In this document: positions 16,782 through 26,645 of the stretch, one piece after another
How the letters are laid out: every line of letters starts with the position of its first letter
Position numbering within the stretch: position 1 is the first letter of the stretch
DNA from: an uncultured Pseudomonadales bacterium
Lineage (GTDB): Bacteria > Patescibacteriota > Microgenomatia > UBA1400 > UBA12108
DNA: 64,000 nucleotides
NCBI GenBank assembly: GCA_964349305.1
Contig: CAYGFS010000001.1
Span: 15,209 to 79,208 of the forward strand
Direction: 5' to 3'
Position numbers and translations under genes: made by a program
Notes under the pieces: model-generated
What the model saw: the letters and a program-made list of their open reading frames with translations, nothing else
Database searches by the model: none
What the model was told of the DNA's origin: nothing

Positions 16782-17237
16782 TTAATTAAGCGCCTGCAAA
16801 CCATGTTCTAAAGATACGGAGATATTCAGGTGCCGGAAGTGGTCTTCGGTGCAGAAGGTGTCTCCTACCACAACTGAGAAACCCATCCTTGTTAATGACT
16901 CGAATAGTTCTCTACCGAACGCTGCTGTACTAGGGTTTCCCCCTTCAATCGTGACTGGCGGTCTTGCCCTGCCCCAAAATTCGGCTAGTTCCACTACATA
17001 TTCCGTGGCGCTTAGTGCCTGACTGGGCTCAAGATGTGTATATGTAGCTAATTTTTTTGATCTATCTAACGCAGATATGGCAAAACAACCTAAAAGATCG
17101 TTGTCAGTAATTCCCGTCCTGGGTCCCGAAAAGTCGAGTGATAGTATGTGATTTCTCCGAGTGTCGAATGAGTTATCGCTTAAAGCGCTGGCAGATATTT
17201 CCTTTACTGGATATTGTGCATGTTCACGGTGGACCAT
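16782..17237 (-). CDS. hypothetical protein; weak resemblance to RNase H-fold RuvC/YqgF-like nucleases
   Basis: 151 aa. ILSLDFSGPRTGIT resembles the RuvC/YqgF N-terminal IL(G)LD(P/L)G(S/T)(R/K)(T/V)(T/L)G motif, and PVTIEGG lines up with the RuvC catalytic AIEQVF region. Identification is tentative. Confidence 0.3.
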   Translation of the reverse strand: MVHREHAQYPVKEISASALSDNSFDTRRNHILSLDFSGPRTGITDNDLLGCFAISALDRSKKLATYTHLEPSQALSATEYVVELAEFWGRARPPVTIEGGNPSTAAFGRELFESLTRMGFSVVVGDTFCTEDHFRHLNISVSLEHGLQALN

Positions 17238-17239
17238 AT

Positions 17240-18040
17240 TTATTCCGCAGTGACAAGGAAGACATTGGCGGTGGCAGCAGCGGTGACAGTATCATCCTTG
17301 AGTTTGGAGATCAGTTTTTTCCAGGTCTTGCCGTCCCACTCGTAAATCGTGGGGTTGACATACTCGCCGGCGGGGAGCTTGAGCTCGACTGAGGCGCTAC
17401 CTTTGATTGCTGTCTGGGTGAAGTAGCCGTAGGGACCCGCGACTACCTTGGCACCGTCTGACAAGCCTTCTTTAGGGTAGCCAAAAGTTTTCATGGTAAT
17501 GATGACGGAGTCCTTTTTTAGGGCGGTCTTGGTCAGGGTCATGCTAAAACGTACATCGGTTGAACTAAAAATTGGGTCTTCGGGGTTGAAGTGGAGATAA
17601 TTCCAGCTTTCTTTAAGGCGAGTCTCGCCGTAGGTGACGGTCATACTCCCACCCGTGACGCCCTCATGATAAGTGATCTTGCCACCACCCGATTTACTGC
17701 CCAGAAGAATAGCTTTGAGAATGGGCTGCTGTTCGCTGCCCAAGAAAATGCTGCCCAGAGCCCCCTCTTGCTTGCCGCTAGCGTTGTAGATCATCTCGTA
17801 TTCGAGCTCACCCTCTGTGGGCGCACCAGAAAGCGAGATATCGAGGCTGCGGCCGGTTGAGTCAGGTGACAAAGTGATGAATGGTCGCTCCGCTAGAGGG
17901 AGAGTATTGATGGGGAGATCGAGTGGCGTATCGTCGACTACATCAGGACCTTTGTTGGATGATTTTTTGAAATAAAGCACGAGACCAACGATGATTACCA
18001 GTACGACAGCGATCGTCGCGATAAGGGCAGGTTTTTTCAT
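17240..18040 (-). CDS. hypothetical membrane-anchored (N-terminal TM) Gly/Thr-rich extracytoplasmic protein
   Basis: 266 aa with an N-terminal hydrophobic helix (IATIAVVLVIIVGLVLYF). Translationally coupled to glyS by an ATGA overlap. No recognisable domain. Confidence 0.5.
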   Translation of the reverse strand: MKKPALIATIAVVLVIIVGLVLYFKKSSNKGPDVVDDTPLDLPINTLPLAERPFITLSPDSTGRSLDISLSGAPTEGELEYEMIYNASGKQEGALGSIFLGSEQQPILKAILLGSKSGGGKITYHEGVTGGSMTVTYGETRLKESWNYLHFNPEDPIFSSTDVRFSMTLTKTALKKDSVIITMKTFGYPKEGLSDGAKVVAGPYGYFTQTAIKGSASVELKLPAGEYVNPTIYEWDGKTWKKLISKLKDDTVTAAATANVFLVTAE

Positions 18041-19428
18041 TGTTTTAGTTTAGCAGAAATATAACTTTGGAGTTTGTCGATAGATACGCGCTCTTGTTTG
18101 GTGGTGTCACGGTCACGGACAGTGACGGTTTGATCCTCGAGCGTTTGGTGGTCGATAGTCACACAAAATGGAGTCCCCATCTCGTCCTGGTAGAAGTAGC
18201 GCTTGCCGATGTTGCCGCGGTCATCCCAGGTCGTGTGATAGATAGATTTGAGAGCGTCAAAGACAGATTTAGCCTTGCCCACTAACTCCTCGTTGTTGCG
18301 TAGTAGGGGGAAAACGGCCACGGTGTAGGGAGCAAGATGTGGGGCGAGCTTGAGGACTATGCGGTGGTTCTCCTCGTCGTTCCAGTAAGCGTCGCAGAGC
18401 ACCATAAGGACTAGACGATCTATTCCTACGGCCGGCTCGATGACGTGAGGAACAAACTTTTTCAATGTGAATGGATCGGTGTAGCTCAAATCTTTGCCGC
18501 TGTGTTTGATGTGCTGACCAAGATCATAATCTGTGCGGTAGGCTAGCCCCCAAAGTTCTTTAAAGCCAAACGGAAAGTTGTATTCTAGGTCGACGGTTTT
18601 CTTGCTATAGAAGCTACGTTCCTGATCGTCGTGCTCGCGGACACGAAGATTTTTTGCTTGGATACCGAGTTTGTAGGTGACAAATCCCATCATTGCATTG
18701 AGCCACTGGTCAAATAGCTTTTCCCAGTTTTCAGTCTCGGGATTGAAGAAATATTCGATCTCTCCCTGTTCGAACTCCACGGTGCGGAAAGTTGCCTGAC
18801 CTTTGGTGATCTCATTGCGGAAACTTTTGCCCAATTGGCCTACCCCAAAGGGGAGTTTGAGGCGGGTAGAGTCCAAAATATTTTTAAAGTTGATGAAAAT
18901 GCCCTGCGCAGTCTCACCGCGCAAATATGCTAGGTCAGCGGTGGCCGCCAATATGCCCAGGTGGATAGGGAACAATTGGTTAAATGAGCGGGCTTCAGTT
19001 AAATCCTTATTGCCGCAAGTGGGACAAGGGATTTGGTTATCCTGGATAATTTGATTGAGTTCTGCCAAAGGTTTACCTTCAACCTTGGCTGGTTTACCCA
19101 CTTTTTCTAGATAATCTTCAATTAAATGATCGGCACGGGTACGAGCATGGCACGTTTTACACTCGACCATGGCGTCGGCAAAGCTAGCCACGTGACCGGA
19201 AGCCTCCCAGACTTTGGAGCTAGATATGACTGAGGAGTCAAGACCAATCATGTCATCCCGACCATTCACAAACATATCCCACCAGAGATCTTTGATTTTT
19301 TTCTTGAGCTCGGCACCGAGGGGACCGTAATCCCACGTATTGGCAAGGCCACCATAGATGTCGCTGCCGGGGAAAAGGAAGCCGCGACGTTTGGCGAGAC
19401 TGGTAATATCGGCAAGGGTAACTGTCAT
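18037..19428 (-). CDS. glyQS: glycine--tRNA ligase, alpha2 (eukaryote/archaeal-like) type
   Basis: 463 aa, MTVTLADITSLAKRRGFLFPGSDIYGGLANTWDYGPLG... class II aaRS motifs and anticodon-binding domain. Confidence 0.85.
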   Translation of the reverse strand: MTVTLADITSLAKRRGFLFPGSDIYGGLANTWDYGPLGAELKKKIKDLWWDMFVNGRDDMIGLDSSVISSSKVWEASGHVASFADAMVECKTCHARTRADHLIEDYLEKVGKPAKVEGKPLAELNQIIQDNQIPCPTCGNKDLTEARSFNQLFPIHLGILAATADLAYLRGETAQGIFINFKNILDSTRLKLPFGVGQLGKSFRNEITKGQATFRTVEFEQGEIEYFFNPETENWEKLFDQWLNAMMGFVTYKLGIQAKNLRVREHDDQERSFYSKKTVDLEYNFPFGFKELWGLAYRTDYDLGQHIKHSGKDLSYTDPFTLKKFVPHVIEPAVGIDRLVLMVLCDAYWNDEENHRIVLKLAPHLAPYTVAVFPLLRNNEELVGKAKSVFDALKSIYHTTWDDRGNIGKRYFYQDEMGTPFCVTIDHQTLEDQTVTVRDRDTTKQERVSIDKLQSYISAKLKQ

Positions 19429-19946
19429 GGACTTATTTTAGCACGGAGCGGACGCGCGACGAGGGTACCGATGTAGTCGTCGATTTCGTCAGTACTGAGC
19501 GGGCGATCGCCGTAACCCAAGATCTCCAACAGTTTCTTTTTGAAACGGTAGAGATATTCTGGTGTTTCAAAGCGGGAGAGATTGGCGAGAGCCGTCACCA
19601 GGAGCTCGTAGACTTCGGCGTGGGGATCGTGCTCGGGAGTCAGGGCGTCCACGAGCTCACCGATCTCAAATAGTCGCGAGATGTTGGCAAGCGTGGTTTT
19701 GCTCACATGGTGGCCATCGAGAAGCTCCACACTGGTCAACGTACGCCGGTCATTTTTTTCGAAAAGCTCAAACTTGATGTGGGAGAACAGATCGAGCTGG
19801 CTCCCCCGCTTGGATTTGACTGAACGCACACCGCGAGCGTAGACGGAAATTTTGCCTTCTTCCAGAGTATAGATCGTGAGGAAACGATCGGTTTCTTTGA
19901 CTACGTGTCGATTGATGATAATCCCAGAGAGTTTTTGGTACTTCAC
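19425..19946 (-). CDS. recO: DNA repair protein RecO (short form, N-terminal OB fold)
   Basis: 173 aa, MKYQKLSGIIINRHVVKETDRFLTIYTLEEGKISVYARGVRS... RecO N-terminal domain. recO-gly tRNA ligase adjacency is conserved in many Gram-positive-type genomes. Confidence 0.6.
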   Translation of the reverse strand: MKYQKLSGIIINRHVVKETDRFLTIYTLEEGKISVYARGVRSVKSKRGSQLDLFSHIKFELFEKNDRRTLTSVELLDGHHVSKTTLANISRLFEIGELVDALTPEHDPHAEVYELLVTALANLSRFETPEYLYRFKKKLLEILGYGDRPLSTDEIDDYIGTLVARPLRAKISP

Positions 19947-21898
19947 TTGGCTATTATAATCTCTTGGTCGGAGTTGAGATTGTAGACCTTGGGTTTACCA
20001 GAGCCGACTGTGATCGTGGTTTTGATTTCCTTGGTGCCGGGTTGTTTTTGAATCAACAGTTTGTAGTCGCTACCGGTAACCGTACCCGCGGGGGTGGTGT
20101 ATTCAACCTCGAGTTTTTTGACTGACTGGGGAGAGAGGGTAAAGAAGCCCTCAATGACTGTCTTGCCCAGATCTTCGGTTGTGGTCACGTCGAGCTCGTA
20201 TCCCTTGGCACTCTTGAGCACTGATCCTTTGGGGACATAAATGCGCTGCCAGTCACGCAGGATCCCGTTTAGACACAGCAGGCCAGCTTCGAGATTACAA
20301 TTGTCGCCCTTGCGCGGGTTTTTGTAGGTCAAAGTCAGTTTGGTGGTGGTAGAACCATCATCCCCGATACTCACGACAGCCTCTACCTCTTGGGTGACAA
20401 ACATGTTGGATTTGGCACCGGCAAAGTTGGTGTCGTTGATGTGGAGGTAATCGCCCACATAATCGTGGATGCGGCCGGCAGCACCCAGGACTTCTACGGC
20501 ATTTTGTTTATTTTCATCCCGGAAATACATCATTAGATGTTTTTCTTTGATCGTGTCGGTGAAGATATTGAAAAACTCAGCCCACTTGGCTTTGGGGGAA
20601 CCCATCATATTGGCTAGCATGGAGTTCATGAGTGGCCCGAGGATACTTTTGCGGCCTTCGCGAATCTCATAGGTCGGCCGGGTGATGATATTCTCTAGCT
20701 CATAGATGACTTGGGGACAGTCGCAGCGGGGATCGTTTTCGGCGGAGAATTTGCCACCATACCCAGGCACGCCAATAGGGCCTAAGACCTGGAGAATGCG
20801 GACAGGGACCTCGGTATCGATCGCAATAAGCGCATCAAACTCGGGAGCTCCCGATACTTCGCTCATATATCCCGTGAAGGTGTCCATGGAGTCTTTAAAG
20901 TCGGGGGAGAGGTTCATGTCGCGCAAGTTCCAGTTGTAGACGAGAGGGAGATATTTTTTGATGGGATCTGGGGCGGGAACTTTCTTTTTGAAGCCGGCGT
21001 CGAGCGTGTAGATATCCTCTGACACACCGGGCTCGATTTTGCCTTTGGTGATCTTCATGGTGGCATAGGCAGTCAGGAAACCGCCGGTAGGACGCAGCTC
21101 GGCATCGTTTTGGAACATGATCAAGTATTTTTTGGAGTCTGGATTGCCCAGGAGGTCGGGGAGTAATTTGACGATCGGTTGGAATTGACCGAGCGACTCG
21201 GCGGCACCGGCGACAGTAGTTTTGAGCGTAGTAATAGTTTCTCTGACTGGTTTGCCCAGAATCGATTTGGGGTAGCGCTTTTCATTGATAGCTTGGAACT
21301 CGGAACTCACTTCCTTTAATTTGGCGGACATTTGATCCATTTGGGGGGCTAATTTTTCTACCGTCTCGGCCACAAAGATAATCCTGTCTTCGGCAGTTGC
21401 CAACTGGAGATCGCCGGTTGTCGTACCAGTGAACCCCATAATGTCGGCGTAAGGTTCGATGGCCGCAATGATCATGTCGCCGATCTCCGTGCCCTTTTGT
21501 CCGGCGACAAAAACGTGATCGATATCTTTGAGGTAGAGTCCAAGCAGTGGGACGTAGCGCAGAGGCGCGGTGGATCCCCATGACTGTTTGGCGTCGGCGA
21601 GTGAGGTTTTGGTACTTTGCAGCTCCGATTTGGCGGCTTGCAGATCCCTGCTCTCAAAGGCGTTCATCATCGCCGTGGCGTGTGACTGGGTTTGCTGGAT
21701 CTTGGAGTACGTCGCACTGGCGGCAAGGCCAAGCCAAATGAGAATAGACGTAAGTAATAAGACGATAGACACCAGGATAATGAACCAGGGGCGCTTGTAA
21801 AATCTCTTTTTGGCGGGAGTTTCAAGAGATTCTGCTACGGCTTCGATTTGGGGTTCGCTACTTACCATTTCGAGATCATTGCCTGAGGTGTTTTCCAT
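19943..21898 (-). CDS. large membrane-anchored extracytoplasmic protein, DUF4012-like
   Basis: 651 aa with an N-terminal TM helix and a central QNDAELRPTGGF motif as recalled for DUF4012. This family commonly neighbours polyprenyl-P sugar transferases in Actinobacteria and CPR. Confidence 0.5.
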   Translation of the reverse strand: MENTSGNDLEMVSSEPQIEAVAESLETPAKKRFYKRPWFIILVSIVLLLTSILIWLGLAASATYSKIQQTQSHATAMMNAFESRDLQAAKSELQSTKTSLADAKQSWGSTAPLRYVPLLGLYLKDIDHVFVAGQKGTEIGDMIIAAIEPYADIMGFTGTTTGDLQLATAEDRIIFVAETVEKLAPQMDQMSAKLKEVSSEFQAINEKRYPKSILGKPVRETITTLKTTVAGAAESLGQFQPIVKLLPDLLGNPDSKKYLIMFQNDAELRPTGGFLTAYATMKITKGKIEPGVSEDIYTLDAGFKKKVPAPDPIKKYLPLVYNWNLRDMNLSPDFKDSMDTFTGYMSEVSGAPEFDALIAIDTEVPVRILQVLGPIGVPGYGGKFSAENDPRCDCPQVIYELENIITRPTYEIREGRKSILGPLMNSMLANMMGSPKAKWAEFFNIFTDTIKEKHLMMYFRDENKQNAVEVLGAAGRIHDYVGDYLHINDTNFAGAKSNMFVTQEVEAVVSIGDDGSTTTKLTLTYKNPRKGDNCNLEAGLLCLNGILRDWQRIYVPKGSVLKSAKGYELDVTTTEDLGKTVIEGFFTLSPQSVKKLEVEYTTPAGTVTGSDYKLLIQKQPGTKEIKTTITVGSGKPKVYNLNSDQEIIIAK

Positions 21899-22515
21899 AA
21901 GATTTTGAGATCATTCCAAAGTGAGCGAGTACTCACATATTGTGCGTCAAGGCCGACCCTTTTGTCAAACGTAACTTCGTTGCGACCAGAGACTTGCCAG
22001 AGGCCGGTCAAACCTGGTTTGGCGGTCAGAACAATTTTCATGAGCCTTGCGGTACCAGGGTAGCGCTTGACCTGCTCAGTCAATTCTTTTTCCAGGTAGG
22101 CACGGGGGCCGACCATGCTCATATCACCTCTTAACACGTTGTATAGCTGAGGGAATTCGTCGATCGTGAGGGCGCGCAGGATTCTACCAAGGGGTGTAAT
22201 GCGAGGATCATCCTTGGCTTCGAGTTTCCAATCCATGGCTTTGAATTTTTTGAGTAATTTCTTGTCGTGCTTGTGCAAAATATCGTCAGCGCCGATGACC
22301 ATAGAGCGGAATTTGTACATATCAAAACTCCGTCCGTTCTTGCCGACTCGCTTGTGCCGATAGACAATCGGGCCCGGAGAGCTCAAAACAATTAAAAATG
22401 GCACCGTAATCCAAATGGGCAAGAAAATAATGATCAAGAAACTGGCGACCAGAAGGTCTAGAATCCGCTTACCAGTGTCGTATGAGTACATCATAAATTT
22501 ACTGTTGAGACTCAA
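21862..22515 (-). CDS. polyprenyl-phosphate sugar phosphotransferase (bacterial sugar transferase, WbaP/WcaJ/CpsE C-terminal-domain type); initiating enzyme
   Basis: KFRSM, DE(F)PQLYNVLRGDMS(M)VGPR and LTAKPGLTGLWQVSGR motifs. The start may be the downstream Met (about 22497). Confidence 0.85.
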   Translation of the reverse strand: MSLNSKFMMYSYDTGKRILDLLVASFLIIIFLPIWITVPFLIVLSSPGPIVYRHKRVGKNGRSFDMYKFRSMVIGADDILHKHDKKLLKKFKAMDWKLEAKDDPRITPLGRILRALTIDEFPQLYNVLRGDMSMVGPRAYLEKELTEQVKRYPGTARLMKIVLTAKPGLTGLWQVSGRNEVTFDKRVGLDAQYVSTRSLWNDLKILWKTPQAMISKW

Positions 22516-23584
22516 TCATGACATAAAGATCTTTGACGAGAGGTGCTTGGCCAAGAGGAGCTACCAACATGTCGTCGTCCGTCTGGACTACGATCATCCC
22601 ATCTAGTCCGATCAGTCCCATGATGCCCGTTTTTTTGGAGACTATTAAAGAGTTTTTGACGTTAACCAGACTGGCTTGCCCAATTACGACGTTGCCGTTT
22701 TCGTCTTTGGCGAGGCCGTGATACAAAAGCTCCCAGGTACCAACATCGACCCAGCCAAACTCGGCGGGCATTTCCCACTGTGTGCTAGAAGGTAGTTTTT
22801 CATACAGTCCGTAATCGACAGATAATTTTTCAAATTTGGGATATTCGGCCTCTAAGACACTTTGGAATTTGGGGGTGTCGACATGGTTCGCAATTTTTTC
22901 GATAATTGCGTAAGTTTCTGGGGCGTACTCCCGGTAGAACTTGAGGAGGAGACTAGTTTTGGTCGCCATATAACCGGTGTGGATCAAATAATTATCCGAA
23001 CTATAAAATTCTTGGGCCTTGGTTATATCAGGCTTTTCTACCTGACGGATAAATTCGTAGACATCTGATCCTGCATGGGTAGCGATTTTTTTACCTATTT
23101 CAATCCAACCATTGTGGACACTGGGGTAAGTTGCGACCGCGTCTATTAATATCATTTTTTCATTGCTGCTGGCGAGACTGGCTGCTTTATTCAGCGCATC
23201 TAAAAAGACATCGACTTTTTTTACCAGGTGATCGGCACCCCAAAGCAAGACCATCACTGCTCCGGGATGTCGTTTTTCTATGATGGCAGTAGCAAGCCCT
23301 AGTGCGCCAAGATTGTCTCTCATGGCCGGTTCAAATATAAAATTTTCGGCTGGCACTTCTTTGGCTTGATTTTTGATCTGATCAGCAAATAAACCTGAAG
23401 TGGCAATATAGATATCTTTGGCGGCAAAAGTCTTTAATACCCGGTCAACTGTTTCACGGAACATTGAAGTATCACCCAAAATACTTTCAAACTGTTTGGG
23501 GTGAGCCATGTTGGAAATTGGCCACATCCGAGTGCCTTTACCACCACACATAATGAGTACTTTTACTTCTGGTTTGTCTGACAT
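22499..23584 (-). CDS. mannose-1-phosphate guanylyltransferase-like sugar nucleotidyltransferase
   Basis: VLIMCGGKGTRMWP nucleotidyltransferase signature and ManC-like length. Start uncertain: the track ORF extends to 23620 and overlaps the upstream GT4 gene. Confidence 0.75.
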   Translation of the reverse strand: MSDKPEVKVLIMCGGKGTRMWPISNMAHPKQFESILGDTSMFRETVDRVLKTFAAKDIYIATSGLFADQIKNQAKEVPAENFIFEPAMRDNLGALGLATAIIEKRHPGAVMVLLWGADHLVKKVDVFLDALNKAASLASSNEKMILIDAVATYPSVHNGWIEIGKKIATHAGSDVYEFIRQVEKPDITKAQEFYSSDNYLIHTGYMATKTSLLLKFYREYAPETYAIIEKIANHVDTPKFQSVLEAEYPKFEKLSVDYGLYEKLPSSTQWEMPAEFGWVDVGTWELLYHGLAKDENGNVVIGQASLVNVKNSLIVSKKTGIMGLIGLDGMIVVQTDDDMLVAPLGQAPLVKDLYVMIESQQ

Positions 23585-24654
23585 AGACTGTTGATCCTCT
23601 CCTTCATTTGTGTCGCCCAAATATTTTGATCAAACTGCTTCGCGCTGGCTACACAAACTGAGGGCACGAAAGTCATTGTATCAAACTGCTTGAGCGCTTT
23701 GGCAAATGAATCCACCGTCGCTTCCTCGAGTAAAATCCCCGCCTTGCCTGGAATAACAATATCGAGCGCACCACCCCGAGCATAAGCGATGACTGGCTTG
23801 CCGGCAGCTAACGCTTCACACATGGAGATCCCAAAATCCTCCTCATTGGCCTGGAGGTAGGCCAAACAATGCCGGTAGTAATTGGGTAATTCTGCGTCAT
23901 TGACGTGGCCGAGCAATTCGACAGTCGGACCAGCTATTTGCAGGAGACGCCCGTATTCGCTCCCCTGCCCAATAATTTTGAGCTTTACTTTCGCTTGGTT
24001 GGCAGCGCGGATCAACACGTCGATTTTTTTGTAGGGGACGAGGCGTGAGACCACGAGGAAGTAATTAGAATCTAGACTCCAGACTTTAGACTTTAGTGGG
24101 ACTGCAGAGAATTTTGTGGTATCGACAGGGGGGAATATTATTGCAGCATCACGATTGTAGATATTTTTTATACGTTTTTTCACTTGAGTACTTATTGCAA
24201 TCATTTCTTCTGGTCTACTAGCAGCGACCAAATCCCATTGACGCAAGTAATTGCCGACAAAGCGGTAGAGAGGATTTGAGAGGTATTCGCGAGCGTGTGA
24301 GTAGAGATAGCGAGTAGGAGTCAAGCAATAATATAGATGTTTGGTCCCAGGGCGAGTAATGACCCCCTTGGATTCGGCGCTGCCGATCGAGATAACTAAA
24401 TCGTAACTACGCAAATCGAAGGATTCAAAAATAAAAGGCATGAGAAACGGGATCCACTCGTGGTGCGTACGCAAGAATGGAACTCGATTAAGCCAAGAGG
24501 TATGGACGTGCCAATCTTTGGAAAAGGCCGCACGGATGGGATCCCAAACGCTGGTATACCAGTCTGCCTCAGGATACATCTTGTGAAAGGCGATCAAAAC
24601 CTGCTCGGCACCCCCTATTTTGTTTAGGCGATCATAAACTATGGCTACGCGCAT
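23563..24654 (-). CDS. glycosyltransferase family 4 (GT-B, retaining)
   Basis: 363 aa, MRVAIVYDRLNKIGGAEQV..., C-terminal E-x7-E-like GT4 region (LQANEEDFGISMCEALAAGKPVIA). Confidence 0.8.
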   Translation of the reverse strand: MRVAIVYDRLNKIGGAEQVLIAFHKMYPEADWYTSVWDPIRAAFSKDWHVHTSWLNRVPFLRTHHEWIPFLMPFIFESFDLRSYDLVISIGSAESKGVITRPGTKHLYYCLTPTRYLYSHAREYLSNPLYRFVGNYLRQWDLVAASRPEEMIAISTQVKKRIKNIYNRDAAIIFPPVDTTKFSAVPLKSKVWSLDSNYFLVVSRLVPYKKIDVLIRAANQAKVKLKIIGQGSEYGRLLQIAGPTVELLGHVNDAELPNYYRHCLAYLQANEEDFGISMCEALAAGKPVIAYARGGALDIVIPGKAGILLEEATVDSFAKALKQFDTMTFVPSVCVASAKQFDQNIWATQMKERINSLCQTNQK

Positions 24655-25708
24655 TGATCACCTCCGCAATATCTTTGGCTACATCGTCCCAGGTGCGGGG
24701 GAATTTCAGCGGGCGACTGCGTGAGACCGCTACAACGGATTTAATTTTGCTCACTAAATCGTCGACAGAATATGGATCAAAATAAGTGACTTTGTCGCCG
24801 TACACCTCGCGATATACGGGAATATTGCTGGCAATCACCGGTGTGCCGACCATGAGAGACTCTAGCCCCACGAGGCCGTATCCCTCCATCAGAGAAGGCG
24901 TGACAAGCAGCTGGGCGTGGCAATAGACTGAGACCAATTCTTCGTCGGAAAGCCCAGATAGAATGTGGATGCGGGTGCGGTCGTACGGCGCCAGGACTCT
25001 GGCTAAAAAAGGAGATTGTTGGGATACCATAACTAGCTCGTAGTCGGGAAACTGCTTGAGAGCTTCCAGTAATACCGGGAGGTTTTTGTGGGGATAAACA
25101 TTACCGACGAATAAAATATATTTGTTGGGAATCACAAATCTTAAATTCTCAAATTTCAAATTTTTGCGGAAAATCTCGTCCGGAGCCTCGGGGATAGAGT
25201 GGATATGTTCTGGTTTGAGACCCCCGAAACTGGCTAAAATGTCGTTCTTGACGGAGTTGGTCGGGACGATGATCTCTTGCGCGCTTGCTAGGGTGCGCTG
25301 GATAACCTGGTTGTAGCCAAAACGTTTGAGGGCATATAACCAAGGCGAGCGGGTAGTCGTGTCGCTGCCCGTAAAGTGGGTTTTGATCAAATCGTGAACA
25401 GTCACTATCTTGGGGATGCCCGACAAAATGGGAGTATTGAAGTGAAAAGTGTAGAGCAGATCACTCCCCAGAGATTTGAGCAATCTCGGCAGCTTGAGCT
25501 GTTCTGCCAGAGAATAATGGGGGATATCCGCATAGACCTTCTCTACGTTGTTCCCGCCCTCGAAGTGATCATATTCGGCAGTGCGAAGTAAGACCTGCAA
25601 GGTGTAACCTTGCAGGTGTTTGGGGAGGTATTTGAGGACATTGGTGGTGTAGCGGCCGAGACCCGTGTGACCGGAACCATAAAACCTGGCATCGATGGCG
25701 ATCTTCAT
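24632..25708 (-). CDS. glycosyltransferase family 4
   Basis: Start set at MKIAIDARFYG; C-terminal PSLMEGYGLVGLESLMVGTPVIAS. Carries family-B palindromic element copy B3. Confidence 0.8.
   Translation of the reverse strand: MKIAIDARFYGSGHTGLGRYTTNVLKYLPKHLQGYTLQVLLRTAEYDHFEGGNNVEKVYADIPHYSLAEQLKLPRLLKSLGSDLLYTFHFNTPILSGIPKIVTVHDLIKTHFTGSDTTTRSPWLYALKRFGYNQVIQRTLASAQEIIVPTNSVKNDILASFGGLKPEHIHSIPEAPDEIFRKNLKFENLRFVIPNKYILFVGNVYPHKNLPVLLEALKQFPDYELVMVSQQSPFLARVLAPYDRTRIHILSGLSDEELVSVYCHAQLLVTPSLMEGYGLVGLESLMVGTPVIASNIPVYREVYGDKVTYFDPYSVDDLVSKIKSVVAVSRSRPLKFPRTWDDVAKDIAEVINARSHSL
25593..25617. repeat. family-B in-frame palindromic element copy B3 (ACCTGCAAGGT-GTA-ACCTTGCAGGT) inside a GT4 gene, encoding HLQGYTLQV
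   Basis: 11-bp arms with a 3-nt loop. The outer CCTGCA..TGCAGG matches copies B1/B2, while the inner arms differ but stay complementary. Confidence 0.6.
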
Positions 25709-25715
25709 AGTTTGA

Positions 25716-26612
25716 TTATAGACTAAGTCTAGCGATCTTGAGGAGTTTGATCCCAAGATAAACGAACCAGCTCACAAAAAATGGATACTTGTTGGCGTAG
25801 TGTTTGCGATAGAAAATCTCCATCGCTTCGATTGACCAGAGTTTGACCTGGCGGGTGGTACTCCGCTCTGCTGTGGAAACCGTCCTGCTCTGCCTCGACA
25901 TGCCAGTCGTGATCCCCTTGTAGTGGAGCACAGACACAGCTGGATAGTACCAATTGCGATATCCTGCCTGTTTAAGTCGGTAACAGAGATCGAGATCTTC
26001 ACCGTAAAGGGGATAATCTTCATCCCACCAGCCAAGCTGGTTCCCGACCTCTTTGCGCACGAGCATAAACATGCCCCCAACGGCATCTATTTCATGCTCG
26101 GTCGCGTAGCCGAGATATCTTTTGGTGTAGCGATTAAATAGTGGTGTCGTGGGGAATAGCTTGGCTAATCCACTGAAATGGGTAAAGCTTGCCCAGGGGG
26201 TGGGGAAACCGCGATGGCTGGTCTCGTCGATACTGCCAGTGAGCGCCAAGTTGACCCTGGCGGTGAGGGCTCCAATCCGCTTGTCACTCCACAACTTGTC
26301 GTAACATTGTTTGAGATCATGATCCGCTTGGAAAGTCACGTCGGGATTGAGGAACAAAATAGTGTCGGCACCGGCGCGAGTAACCCCCAGATTGTTGGCA
26401 GCCGAGAAGCCGGTTGCGGTATCACGACTTACCCATATGACGGATTTAAATTCTTGTGCCACCATCAACTTGGAATCGTCAGAAGACGCGTTGTCGACGA
26501 CGATGATCTCGGTGCTAATCCCCTCTTGAGCTAAAACCGATTTAAGGGTTTCACGCAAAAAATCTTTGGCGTTGTGATTGACGATAATAACGGAGATATC
26601 GGGTTTACTCAT
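25716..26612 (-). CDS. glycosyltransferase family 2 (GT-A)
   Basis: ISVIIVNHNAKDFL...IIVVDNASSDDS and a DxD-type region. One of the few genes here with a canonical SD (GGAGA 7 nt upstream). Confidence 0.8.
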   Translation of the reverse strand: MSKPDISVIIVNHNAKDFLRETLKSVLAQEGISTEIIVVDNASSDDSKLMVAQEFKSVIWVSRDTATGFSAANNLGVTRAGADTILFLNPDVTFQADHDLKQCYDKLWSDKRIGALTARVNLALTGSIDETSHRGFPTPWASFTHFSGLAKLFPTTPLFNRYTKRYLGYATEHEIDAVGGMFMLVRKEVGNQLGWWDEDYPLYGEDLDLCYRLKQAGYRNWYYPAVSVLHYKGITTGMSRQSRTVSTAERSTTRQVKLWSIEAMEIFYRKHYANKYPFFVSWFVYLGIKLLKIARLSL

Positions 26613-26645
26613 AATTCTCCAATCTCAAATTATCAAATTCTCAAA

